From Felis catus (Eukaryota), in the NCBI RefSeq assembly GCF_018350175.1, contig NC_058368.1:117430001-117494000 (forward strand): a DNA stretch of 64,000 nt, read 5' to 3'. Shown in pieces: positions 11,456-23,517 of the stretch. A model generated the notes under the pieces. It did not search any database. It was given only the letters and a program-made list of their open reading frames with translations, and was not told where the DNA came from. The translations under genes and the position numbers were made by a program. Numbering within the stretch: position 1 is the stretch's first letter; the number at the start of each line of letters is the position of its first letter.

Positions 11456-11544
11456 TCTACTATGTAGGTAGCAATGTAAGGACTGTGAGAGGGCAAAGCA
11501 TTGGGGCACAGACCTAGCTGAACTCTGTCCCATCCACCCCTCAG

Positions 11545-11885
11545 CAGATAACTGCTGAATGCCTAGGTACCAAGCACTGTTTTCTGCCTTGTGAACACAG
11601 TGGTGAGACAGGTAGACCTGGCCTCCGTGTACAGAGAGCTTGTGGGTAGCAGAGAAGATCAGATCCCTACACAGGCTCTTTGGTGGCAGGGTGGGCAGAG
11701 CTCTAACACAGCAAGCACAGGAATCTGTGGGAGCTCAGAGCAGGGGTACTTTACCCTGTCTTCCCTGCAGAAGGCAGTTTAGCTAGACGGAGGTGTGGAG
11801 GGTGGGGTGAGGATGTGTGACAGATGGGTCAGAGAATGTCCTAGGCATGTGGAACTGCCTGCTGGAAGGCACAGAGGTTAAGAGA
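11545..11885 (-). mobile_element. L2 LINE fragment
   Basis: 'actgctgaatgcct...caagcactgttt...gagaatgtcctaggcatgtggaactgc...aaggcacagagg'. Confidence 0.6.
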
Positions 11886-11914
11886 ATGAACTCATGGTTG
11901 GTTATAGAAATGAA

Positions 11915-12200
11915 ATATCAGTTTCTCATGATGGTGAACAGACAGCTTTGGGATAAGATGCCTAGATTCAAATCTTTGGTCTGCTGTTTCCTAGCTGCAT
12001 GACCTTGGTCACGTTATTTAACCTCTCTGTGCCTCAGTTTCCTATTCTGTAAAATGGGTATATTCCTAATAAGGAGTTAATAATAGTGCCCATTTCATTG
12101 GATTGTTGTGCACAGTAAATGAAATGATATCCATAAAGGGCTTAGCCCAGGTCTGGCATAAGGTAAACATTCAATAACTGTTAAACAGTAATATTATTCA
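11915..12200 (+). mobile_element. MIR SINE (near full length)
   Basis: 'ttcaaatc...ctagctgcatgaccttgg...ttatttaacctctctgtgcctcagtttcc...ctgtaaaatggg'. Confidence 0.9.
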
Positions 12201-12329
12201 CTTTGCTGAAGATGAGACCACAGCATTGGGAGGTGAGTGGGAGGTTCAGATCATGAAGGACCTTATAATCCATGTTAAGGTGTTTGAACAAGCCTAAAAA
12301 CAATGGGGAATTAGTGGAGCAACAAGATC

Positions 12330-13220
12330 AAATCTGTAGTCATCCTTGGCATCATTCTGGACTCCTCTCTCTCTCTCTCTTTTTTTTTTTTCTGGGCTCC
12401 TCTCTTTCACTCTCCACATGCAGTTCATTAGCAGATATTGTCATCTCTCCCTTCATAAATCATCCAGCGTCTGACCACTTCTTACCACTTCCACAGCCAC
12501 CACCCTGGTCCAAGCCATCATTGTCTCTCCCCACATTGTTCCAGTGGCCTCCTAACTTGTCTCCCTAATTCCCCCCTTGTCCCCCTACAATCAGTTCTCC
12601 ATGAAGGAGCTAGAGGGATCTCGTTAAAATGTAGATCAAATTGTGTCCCTTCTCTGTTCAAACCCTCCAATGGCTTCACATCATTCTCAGAGTCAAAGCC
12701 AAAGGTTTTTAAATGGCCTACAAACCCTGCAAGGTGTGGCCTCTTGCCAAATCTCTCCCTCTTCTCCTACTCCTCTAGCCTTGCTGGTCTCTGTGCACTT
12801 CCTCAAAACATGAACTTGCCAAGCACAGTCCCAGCTGAGGATTTCGTGCTTGCTGTTCCATCTGCCTGGAAGAGCCCCAGGTGTCAGTGAGGTCACTCCT
12901 TTCTTCCTTCAGATGTCTGCTCAGTGAGGGCTTCCCCCCACCCCCGCCAACACCCCATCTTTTGAGTAAAAGGCCTCTCTCCTGCCTGAGCACTCCATAT
13001 TTCCCTCCTCTGCTTTTTTCTGTCCATGACAGTTACCACTCTCTAGATACTATATATTGACTTGGATTATTTCTTATTGGCCTCCACCTCCCCGCTGGAA
13101 TATAAGGTCCATGAAGGCAAGGGCTTTGTCTTATTTCTTGCTTTGCCCGGCATACAGAACTGTGGCATGGCACATCGTAAGCTCTTGATAACTATTTGTT
13201 GAATGAAGAAGAAATAAATG
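12330..13220 (+). mobile_element. L2a LINE 3' ~900 bp
   Basis: 'accacttcttaccacttccacagccaccaccctggtccaagcc...aaaccctccaatggcttc...gaatataaggtccatgaaggcaaggg...tatttgttgaatgaa'. Confidence 0.9.
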
Positions 13221-13707
13221 AGTATGCATCAGAGAAAGACCACTGTGATGTGGTGTTCACAGTGGATGGGGTGGGGTGGGGCAACAGTGGTGGCAGTATG
13301 GGGGAACTTGGTAATTTCCCCAGGGAAGGCTGATGGACAGTTCGCATGGGCCACGGTGGCAGAGCTGGAAAGCAGGGTGTGGTCTGGAGAGAGGCTTAGG
13401 AGTCTGTAGAGTTTGGGGACTGTCCAGCTGTGAGAGAAAGGATGAGGTGAAAGCCAGTGATGTTGGCCCATTTTTGGTCTGGCATCTTGATGAACAGTGG
13501 TTCTTGTGACACAGTTGGGGAAGGGGAAGCAGCTTGGGTTGAGAGGTTTTTGATATAAGCCTATCTGAACCTCAGTTGCCTTATTTGTAGAATGAGAAGG
13601 ATTCTACCTCCCCACTTTCTGCTTTCTGGGGTGGTTATGGAGACAGAGATAAAAGAAATGGAAGGCCTATGTGTGAGTGTCTAGTGGGTTTCCATATATG
13701 AAGGAGC

Positions 13708-13772
13708 ATTAGTATTGGTATTCGTAGTAGTAGTAGGAGTAGTATAGTAGTAGTACTGTTAGTATTATTATT
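13708..13772. repeat. Degenerate (TAG/TAT)n tract
   Basis: Directly visible at the 3' end of a MIR-like segment. Confidence 0.7.
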
Positions 13773-14659
13773 AAAATCCATCATTTGGGGAGATCTGACA
13801 GGCCAGTGAGATGAGAACCTACGGCAGAACCTAATCAAATGCCAGCCTAGGTCGAAGCAAATGCCAGAAAGCACAATTCAGTCGATATATGCAGTGGGTG
13901 GTCAGGGAGGGGAGAGAATATTGCAGGCTGAGCTGTTGGAGGCTGTTCAGAGCGGGGCCTGGCTGGATCCTGGATTGAGGAAAAGGGGAGCAAGAGTAAA
14001 TATTGGGGTTTGGTGAGAGGCCTGTAGGCAGAAAGGCCGTAGGGTAGCTTGGAGATCTGGTGGTATGCGGGGACCCCTGGACATAAGATGAATGATTTGA
14101 CCACCAGTGGACCTCCTCCTTCCCTCACCTGCCAGATGAGAGAATCATGGTGATCCTCAGGCAAGGGACAGAGAGCACAAATCCTGAGTGACCGAGCAAA
14201 AACCCCACCCCCCACTCCCCAGCCCCTGAGCCCAATGAGGGTATCAGGAACCTGTCCCAGACAAGAGAAAGAGTAGATGGGCAAACAGGAGAGGGAAATG
14301 TTGGGGCAGCTGAGCCTCCTGCCCAGAGTCAAAGAAGGTTGAGGAATAGGGAGCTGGAGATTTCCTTGGGCAGCCATTGGCAGGATGACAGTGTTGATCT
14401 GGTTTTTGGTTTCTGTTCAGAGGTGTGGGGCCTGGTCCCCAGCCTTGCAGAGGGCCTGGCTGACTGGTGGACCCAGGCAGCTACTTCCGCCCTCACAAAG
14501 TAGAGGAGCAAGCTGCTCATCCCACTCTGCTGCACCCTCCATAGTGCTAGAGAGAGTCAGAGCTATGTCAAGATGAGACACTTAGGGTCCTCCAAAGTGA
14601 TGGGCCCAACTATAGGATGACTGGTTCTCAAACTGGTTTATGAGTTGTGGTTACATGTT

Positions 14660-15000
14660 TCCACTTCTAGGAATATTTCCCCCCACCTCATGCCTAGCCA
14701 GCTTGTGAGCCTTCATCCACTTTTTAGTTCAGGTCTCAGGCCCTCTCTGGCCACCATGTTTCAGGTAGTTCTCCCACTCCCTCCCTGTCACCTCATCTGT
14801 TTCCCTAGAAAGCATGTCTCACCATCTGAAATCATATCTTCTACTGTCTTATTAATAATTCCTTGTATGCTTACTTGAACTGGATTATAAACTCCATGAG
14901 GCTGTGACCCTGGCCTGTCTTGTTCATCTCTCTCTCTCCAATACCTAGAATGGTGCCTGGCACATATTAGATGCTTAATAAATTATTTGTAAAATGAAGG
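14660..15000 (+). mobile_element. L2 LINE 3' end
   Basis: 'ctggattataaactccatgagg...cctagaatggtgcctggcacatattagatgcttaataaat'. Confidence 0.8.
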
Positions 15001-16079
15001 AATTAGGTGCATGAAGGAATTCATTCCCCTACCACTCACACCCAAAAATGACAAGGAGAAAATCATATATATGTGAGCACATAGGTATGGCCATGGAGTA
15101 CCTCTAAAGAGGTTGGGCACAACCCCAAGCTGCAAGGCCCATGAGCTCAAGACAGTGTGTGTATGTGTGTGTTTTGGTAAGAAGAGAGAAAGCCACCACT
15201 TGCAAGCTGAGGCTCCTGCTGTATCAAATGCAGGGATTCCCAGAGCCCTGGTCAAAAGCCAGCTTCTTTTGGGCAGTAGGAGAGAGGAAGTGAGGAGGGA
15301 TTCTGAAGGTGCCCCTGAAGTATGTGGCCCTTGCAAGACCTCATACTGCCAGCCGGGGGCGCCCAACCAAGTATGACCACATCATCCCCACAGCTTCCAG
15401 ACCAACTGAACACCACCTCCCCCTATACTACCCCTCCTACCAGAGAAAGTGTCAATGTGAAGAGGGAGAATTTGCGCTCTCAAGTGTGACCTGGGGTTGG
15501 TGATGAATACCAGAGATGGTAGGATCAACTAGAATAACATGTCACACGGTGGGCTGCGTTCAGGAATGCTGGATTGGGTAACTGGCAAATTGAAAGGCTG
15601 CTTCATACTATAATGGTTAAAGAAAAAGGGAATTATCTCATGCCTTTCTTTTCGTCTATCAAGGTGTCAGCGTATGCTAATTACCTGGCAGAGGCTTCAA
15701 CGGGAAGAGGAAGAACAACTATTATATTTCTGAGGAAAGATTTATCTTGTGTTATTGGCGCCAGTCGGAGAAGGAGGTGGGGGTATTAGGGGGTCAGAGA
15801 GGCAAAGTGAGAACTGTTCCTTGACTCCAATGGAATTGAAATGCCTTTGAACTGAGACTTCTCTCCTAAGATGAGAAATAATAAGCCTTGTTGGGAGAAG
15901 CTTTGCCCTAAGCCTGTCAGGGGAGGGGACAGGATGGGCAGAGAGCTCCAGTGTCCTAGGAGATTGTGGGAGGATCAGGCCTGGTGCAGCTGGCTGTGGA
16001 AGGCATGTGAGATTCCTCCATTCATTCATTGATTGATTATTCATTGACTGATTACATTAACAGGGAGTATAAGATGGGG

Positions 16080-16290
16080 GAGGAGGTTAAGAAACAGAAG
16101 CTTGGAGTTAGGCAATGCTGGGTTTTAAATCCTGGCTCCACTACTTAGCTGTGGTCCCTGGCACATCTTTCAGAGCCTCTGTTTCCTCATCTGTGAGGAA
16201 AATAATACCCCCTTTATATGGTTCCTATCACAACTAAAGGCGGTCATGAAGGGAAGTGCTGAGTGCAGTTCAGTAGTAGCAGCCGTGGAT
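16080..16290 (+). mobile_element. MIR SINE
   Basis: 'ggttaagaa...aaatcctggctccactacttagctgtg...gagcctctgtttcctcatctgt'. Confidence 0.8.
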
Positions 16291-16513
16291 ATGATTATTC
16301 AACAAATATTTTCTGTGTACCTACTGTGGTTCAAGGCTCTGGGAAAACAAGGGTGAGTAAGACAGTGCTCTGCCCTCAAGGAGCTTATCACACTATGGAG
16401 GATCTGTGTCTCCTTTGGTTCCTGCTCTCTCAGAGGTCCCAGAAAGTGGGGAAAGGTGGGGAGAGGGGACAGGGAAAGGTCTTCAAGCCTTAAATAAGGC
16501 TATGATAGCACCC

Positions 16514-16546
<33 letters not shown>
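16514..16546. repeat. (ATA)11 microsatellite
   Basis: Directly visible. Confidence 0.95.
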
Positions 16547-16547
<1 letters not shown>

Positions 16548-17774
16548 CAACAGTTAAATTGAATACTTGGCATATATGAACTCAAAGGGAGATCTGGTAG
16601 GTGGAGGCCAAAGGATGAGTCCAAGATCTGAAAGAAAGGGGACAGGCTGCCTGCAGGAGTTGCTGGTCAGAACGTGAGTGCTCGAGATCAACCCTGGGGC
16701 CTAATACCTCTGGGGGCTCTGGGGTCAGGTAAACTGACCTCTCATCTGTTAACCTCCTGCCTATGTTGAATCCCAGCCATCCCCAAGCCCCTCCCTTCAG
16801 AATCAGTGGGCCTGGAGCAAGTGATCTGGAGAGAAGTAGCCTGCTGTGGTGGGACGTGTGCTGGCTGTGGCTGCTGAGGGATCTGTGTTCCAGTGTTACT
16901 TCTGACACTTCTCACTTGGGTGGACTTGGGCCAGTTCCTTAGCCTTGCTGTTAAATAAATTTCAAAAGGCCTAACTGTGGGGTGGTTGGGCAGATTAAGA
17001 AGGCATTCAAAGCACCTGGCACACAGTAGGTATTCCCAAATGGTGGAGACGATTTCTAAAATTGGCCCTCCTTGCAGACTGTGTCTGGATCAGTGCGAGC
17101 CTTAACCCGTGTGACCCGGAGAGGCGTTTAGTGCTCTGGAAATGGCAGAGAAAGGAATGGGGGTACCACCAGGTGGGTTGTGTGAAAGGCAGAGACTTTG
17201 AGCAGGTAATGGCTGTCAGGGACCAGCAAATCACAGGTGTCTCAGAAACAACAGGAGTTACACTCAGACACCAAAGAACAAACACGCAGCACAAGACGTT
17301 TTGCCAAAGCAAAGCTGTTTTGATCGTTCCCGGATGTGACATGTATCGCATGAGGAAAGAGAGCCTCTTGCACTGAGGCTGCCTAATTGACAGCCCACAG
17401 CTCCACGCAGAGTAGCACAGGGCAGGGTAGGGGATAGAGGCAGAACAGCCCACCCTCACACTGCCTTGTCCCTCCTTCCCCAGGCCAGCCTTCATCAGCC
17501 TGGCCACCCTCAGCTGCTCTGTCTGTGAGGGGAGGGAGGCTCAGTATTCCCAAAGCCTCCAGATCTAGCCCCGGCCTTTCACCTCTCTAGCCCCATCCTA
17601 CATCACTCCTGGAAACCAGGCTATGTGTCAGTTTAAGTGAACTTCGAAACTTCGCCACATGCACCAGGCTCTCCCTCACCTCCAGGCCTTTGCATAAGCT
17701 GTTGTCTCTGCCTTGGATTCCTCTGCTCCTCAACCCTCCCACCCACCTGGCTAGTGTTGGCAAATGCCTACTTA

Positions 17775-18115
17775 ATATCAAAAGTAATAGCAGTTTACAT
17801 TTATTGAACACCTACCCTGTGCTAAGTGCTTCCCAAATGTTACCTTGTTTAATCCTCACAACAATGACAAGGAAAAATAATCATAGTTGACAGGGAGTAG
17901 ATGGCCACCATTTGCCAGGTACTGGTCCCAGTGCTTTGTATATATTAACTCACTTAATCCTTACAACCCCTAAGGGTAAGTTACTATTATAATCCTTATT
18001 TCACACATGAGGAAACTGAGACACAGAGTGGTGCAGTGACTTGCCCGGGCTCACCAGCTAGAAGTAGCAGAGGCAAGTTCCAGCTCAGGAGTTAATCGCC
18101 ACTATACCATCTGCC
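17775..18115 (-). mobile_element. Two adjacent MIR fragments
   Basis: 'tttattgaacacctac...tttaatcctcacaaca' and 'ttaatccttacaacc...gaggaaactgagacacagag...gtgacttgccc'. Confidence 0.85.
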
Positions 18116-18119
18116 TCCT

Positions 18120-18410
18120 GTGTATCTTTTAAGGATGCAGTCCAGGCGCCACCTCCTCCTGGAATCCTCCTCTTCCCTTGGTTGGGTCAGGAGCTTCCTG
18201 TGGGCTTCCGTGGCTCTCTGTGCTTTACAACATCTTTCTGTCCACTCCCTATGAGCACCTACCATGCTATGAGGTAGCAAGTTTGCTTGCCTGTCCCCTG
18301 CTGGTCTGGCAACTTCTGATAATAGGGAGTATCTGCCTGGTTCACTGCTGTGGCCTCCAAGCCTAGTACAATGGGCTCCAGATATATTTGTTGAATGCCT
18401 GCCTGAATCC
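18120..18410 (+). mobile_element. L2 LINE 3' end
   Basis: 'ggttcactgctgtggcctccaagcctagtaca...atatttgttgaatg'. Confidence 0.65.
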
Positions 18411-19199
18411 TGTTGGGGCACATTCCTGTTCTGGCTCCCCCTTTTCAATCCCAAGGACTGTAAAACCCTACTGTATGCATTAACTGGAGTACAAAAACAT
18501 TCAATCACATAAAATCTGGGTTCTCATTTTTGTAGGGTTAGCAAGAAACAGTATTTTTCCATCCATATGAATTGGCACAAAAAGTAAAGAATGTAAGACT
18601 TCTGTACACAGCTGACTCCAGGCTGCACTGAGGACGTTCCAGATGATCACAGGGCAGTCACTTCCTGATACCCCCATTCACTTCTGAGAAGTATGGTTGG
18701 GCATAGAACAGGAGCCCCACAGCACTCTTTAGATCTGAATTTGCATTTCTCCAGGAGGGGCTTAGGGAAGGAGCTGGGGCATCAGTGGGGCCCTGGAGAA
18801 GGTGAGGGGCTCTGGTTTCATTCCACCCAAACCTTTCTGAGTGTATTTTCCCACTTCCAGGGTGGCTAGTTGTTGGCCATCCACCTTTGGTGATGGTGCA
18901 CAGGTAATAAGCTCAGGTGCAGAGGAATGGAAGAGACGGACAGCTCATAGAAGAGTGAGATTCATCAGGGGGGCAACTCCAGGTAGACTCCTTGGAGGAG
19001 GTGGCATTTCATCTGGCCTCTGCCCCCTGCTGGCCTTTCCCCTGTGATTACAGAGATCTCAGAAATGTCATACGGGTCTTGGCCTGGGTTTAGTCTTTGA
19101 GTCGATGACAATTTGAGGAGAGGTTATGACAATCTGTAGGAGATGAGAAGCAAGTCCCCCTCATGGCACCACTATCCATGCCCACCCCTAGCTATGCAG

Positions 19200-19720
19200 C
19201 CTGTCTGGCCAAGCTGGGAGGTGTGGGAGCCTTACTTTCTTCACCAATAAAATGTAGACAATGATAATACCTTCCTCCCAGGCCTGTGGTGAAGATCAAA
19301 TGAGAGAATGCAGGCAAAAGCGTCTTATATGCTATAAAAGGCTCTGACAAATGCTCATTATTTCTTCCTATTCTTCTCCTGGAATTTATCAAACACTTTA
19401 TGGGCCCTGCAGGTATTTTTCTGCCTCCATCCTGTGTGGCTTTCTCTGGCCCACGAATCTCCTCTCCTCTCCTGCTGTGCTTTAGGGAAGGCAGGGTAGC
19501 ACCATGGTTAAGGAGGGAAGGGGGCAGACTGGTCCAGGCTTGAACACTGACCCCGCGTCTTTCTAGAGGGTGACCTGGGGCAAGTCACACAACTCCTCTG
19601 AGCCCTTCAGTTTCCTTGTGTAAAACAAGTGTGAACATCGAATGGAACCCATAAGGTTGGATGTGAGGCTTAAATGAGTTACTTTGTGCAAAGTTCTTAG
19701 GACTGTGCCTATTGTTTAAG
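19200..19720 (+). mobile_element. Two MIR SINEs (~19200-19365 and ~19490-19720)
   Basis: 'gtgaagatcaaatgagagaatgca' and 'gtgacctggggcaagtcac...ctctgagcccttcagtttcc...aggcttaaatgag'. Confidence 0.75.
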
Positions 19721-21274
19721 AGATGTACGCTGTGCTGTGGCTGTTGTTAGGCTGGGTGCGACTATACCTTGGTTCTTTGAGTGGCGGTATCAGTGGAAAG
19801 AGACACCTGCCACAATTTTCATAGGCTTCCTTGTCTCCACACTCGGGAAGGGGGTAGGACAAGAAGCAGATCAGGTGTTCATTCATTCAGCAAGCAGTGT
19901 TTTAGTGTCTACTCTGTGCTAGGCACTCCCGGAGTGACAGTGGCTGAGTTACAACTCCCATCCTTGGGAAGCTCAGGCTGCAATGAGGAAGGTCTTTATC
20001 ATTCACTCATTCAGTTGGTCGATTATCACCTGTTTGCTGGGGTCTCCCAGAGCGGGTTTCATGTTGGGCTCTGGGGCACAGGGCTGGGGGCAAGACTGGG
20101 AGCCAGAGAAGCAGAGGTCTGGCTGGGGTCTCTTGAAGTCTCTGTCTCTCCCGGGTACGTCTTCCCACCTCCGGTCACTTGGCCTCAGTCTCCGTAGCTG
20201 GTTGTCAGAGAGTCACTTGAGCTGGTCCCCAATCACCTGGCCCACACCAACAATCCAGATTTCTGAGCTAGGATGGACAAATGCTGAGTGACACCCCCAT
20301 CCCTGCTCCCAGCCCACGCGTTCAGTCAGGGCTTGGGCATCGACTGCTCAGAGCTCATTAGTGGCCGCATAGCCGTTGCCGCATGTCACAGGCTCTTAAA
20401 GTCTCCATTACTGAGGGCCCTTGCTCCTCTGTATTTTTAGCCTGCATCTGGAAGAGACGGCTGGCGTCTCCTACAGTTACACATGTCAGGTTCAGCGGTT
20501 TCGACAACTCCTCAGGCCTCTAGGCACCTGGAGGTGGGGGCCCCAGATCTACTCTTGGAAAGGAAGCAGGTGGGAGATGTGAGGGCCCGAAGTGGGGCCA
20601 CGGGTCCTCCTCTCCCATATAATCCCTGGTTCTGAGATTCCGCCTCCCCGGTATGACAGGGTCAAGGAGCCTCCACGTATCCAGGTGCTCCGGGACCTAC
20701 AAAGACAAACAGCTCTTTGGATGACACTAGAGTGAGGATGGTGATGCCAAATTAGCAACAAACCCCAGGCCAGTTGGGCATCCCCAAGGACTAGCCACCA
20801 GCTCTGGCTGTAGACAGGTGGAACAAAGCATGCAGAAGCCACCCAGAGGAGTGTTGTTCTCTAACATGGTCAGGACAGGCTTGTGTCTGCCTCTGGGAGA
20901 CAGAGCAAACCTCAGCAGCCTACCCAGCCTGGGGGAGCCTGGGTTCCTCTGTCACTGGGTGAGAACTGCATCTCACAGATGCTGGAATGCCAGAGAGAAG
21001 GCTCTGAGGTTAGTGGCTCATGGTGGGGGCACCGGGAAAGGAGAGGAAGGCCACAGCTTGCCTGGGCAGAGTTGGAGGCACAGTGTGGAAGGGAGTGGGG
21101 AGCAATCCCACAAAGGGCAGAAGGGTGGTCCCCAGGCTTGAGATGGGAATGGGGTGTGCTCTCGTCAGGAGCTCCAGAGCCTAGACTCTCAGGAAGAGGA
21201 AAAACCTCCATCAAGGACACATCTTAAGTTCTCCTTCCCCCAACAGCCATATACCCTAAAACTTGCTAATAAAA

Positions 21275-21990
21275 TAAGGTAATAATAATGAAGAGTTATT
21301 GCTCTGTTACTCGGAGCTAGGCAGCTTACTAACTGCTCTCCTCGAATTTCCTGATTATCTTACTGATGCTTCACAGTAAGGCAGGAATTGTTATGACTAT
21401 TCCCATCTTACAGATGAGGAAACTGAAGCTCAGAGAGACTAAGCAACTCATCTGAGTTCACATGACAGGTGGGTGCTCAAGCGACAAATTTAATCCAGAG
21501 TCCAGTCTCAGCCTCCAGATGACAAGAAAAGTTGGGAGGTAAATGCCCACTCAGCAGTGATATTTTACGGACCATGAGGAGGGAAGAACATCGATGTGAT
21601 GTGTGATGTGAATGTTTTGGTTCTGCTGCCAGATTGTGGTTCTGACAAATGCCCATTTTCCTCTGGGCCTCAGTGAGGGGCTGGAAAGAGGCGGGGGGGG
21701 GGTGTATCCACGCCACATCATTCATCTGTTCTCAGCTCCAAGCTGGCTCTAACAAGATGATTAATAACAAAAACAACAACAATGATATTAGCAAACATTC
21801 ATGGAGCGTTACTCTGTGCCAGGAATATTACATGTGCTATTTCATTTAATCCTCACAGCTGCCCTGTGAGGTCTTCTTAAACAGGTGAGAGTGAAGCTCA
21901 GAAAGGCTGAGCAACCTGCCTAAAGCCACACAGCTAATAAAAAGTGGTCTGGAATTTGAAACGTGGTCTGCACTTAACTGCTCCCCTATT
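21275..21990 (-). mobile_element. Two MIR SINEs (~21275-21515 and ~21760-21990)
   Basis: 'cccatcttacagatgaggaaactgaagctcagagag' and 'tttcatttaatcctcacagctgccctgtgagg...ctggaatttgaa'. Confidence 0.8.
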
Positions 21991-22359
21991 CTGCCTTCTG
22001 TGGGATTGGTCCCGCAATGCCTAAATATCTTGAGAAGGAGGGGCATCAGGTAGCCTTTGTCAGAGCTGGAGGGAGATGGGAGCAAAGCCTACATTATCTC
22101 CAGAAAGCACTCAGTGTTTCCTGTTATCACCCTCCTTACTTTCAGGCTCAGGGAACCCACCTCTTTCCATCCCAGTGCATTCCATCATCCACTTACCTTC
22201 AGGTGTTCTGAGAGCTTCCCAAACACAGGATACCTTCTGAGAGAGGAAGGAGGGAGCCTGAGATATCTTTGCTCTATCTGGGTGAGGCCTAGAGTAGCAA
22301 TGGGGAGGCACCAGGCACTGAGACCTAGGGATGGCTAAGCTTTGCCACCAACTTGAGTT

Positions 22360-22760
22360 GACCAAATATTTACTGTGTCAGGCACCATTCCAGGGCAGGG
22401 CTGCCATACATACTTGTGCACCACATAACCCTCTAAGGGGCTGTTCATACTGTGGACTTGTGTACCTGACGCCATATTGGATGCTGGGAACACACAACCT
22501 GGTCCCTAACCTTACAGAAGATGCAGTCCCATAGGGGTGACAGTCAGATGAACCAGGAAATTACCTACCAGTGTGGCCCGTGTAGTGAGAGAGAAGGAAC
22601 AAGGGCTTGTGAGAGCTTGCAGGAGAGCCCCCAAGACTACATTTGGGAAGTCAAAGAAGGCGTCCTGGAAGAAGTGACTTCTAAACCAAGACCTGAATGA
22701 AAAATGGAAGTGGCCTACTTGGCAGGGAAAGAGTGTTCCATGCTGAAGGAAGAGCTTAAG
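22360..22760 (-). mobile_element. L2 LINE fragment(s)
   Basis: 'aaatatttactgtgtcaggcacc...gtcaaagaaggcgtcctggaagaagtgac...agacctgaatga...gaaagagtgttcca'. Confidence 0.7.
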
Positions 22761-22911
22761 TAGCTAATTTTAATATAAAGTGATATAGGCTATAATATTA
22801 ATATGAACAAAGAACATTGGGAGCCTTAATAAGTCAGTTACTCAGTAAAACAAACATTCACTGAGAAGATGGAGAATGGTTATGAATGGGAGTTACAAAA
22901 GTTTCACCCAA

Positions 22912-23155
22912 GGGGCACCTGGGTGGCTCAGTTGGTTAAGCGTCTGGCTCTTGATTTCAGCTCTGGTCATGATCTCAGACAGTTCATGATGAGATTGAGC
23001 CCTGTGTGAGGCTCTGCACTGACAGCTTGGAGCCTACTTGGGATTCCCTCTCTCGCTCTCTCTCCCTCTCCCTGGCACGTGCACGCACACACACACACAT
23101 ACACACACATGATCAGTCTCACTCAAAATAAATAAATTAACATTAAAAAAAAAAA
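22912..23155 (+). mobile_element. Can-SINE with internal (CA)n and long A tail
   Basis: GGGGCACCTGGGTGGCTCAGTTGGTTAAGCG head; TSD aaaag(t/c)ttcaccca at 22897-22910 and 23156-23169. Confidence 0.95.
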
Positions 23156-23221
23156 AAAAGCTTCACCCAGGAGGTGACCCATGAACTAGGCTTGAAGAAT
23201 GAGTAAGAGTTTTCTGAGGGG

Positions 23222-23443
23222 GGGGGGAGCCTGGGTGTCTCAGTCGGCTGAGCTTCCGACTTTGACTCACGTCATGATCTCATGGTTCAGTTTGTGGGTT
23301 TGAACCCCATATCCGGTTCCGTGCTGACAGCTCAGAGCCTGAAGCTTACTTCAGATTTTGTCTCTCTCTCTCTCTGCCCCTCCCCTGCTCACGCCCTCTC
23401 TCTGTCTCTCAAAAATGAATAAACGTTAACTTTTTTTCTTAAC
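23222..23443 (+). mobile_element. Can-SINE (SINEC_Fc2-like)
   Basis: 'gcctgggtgtctcagtcggctgagc...gctgacagctcagagcct'; TSD ttttctgagggg at 23210-23221 and 23444-23455. Confidence 0.92.
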
Positions 23444-23517
23444 TTTTCTGAGGGGAAAAGAAGGAAGGGAAGCATCCAAAAAGAGAAAACCACACGAACA
23501 AAGTCATATGGTTCGAG

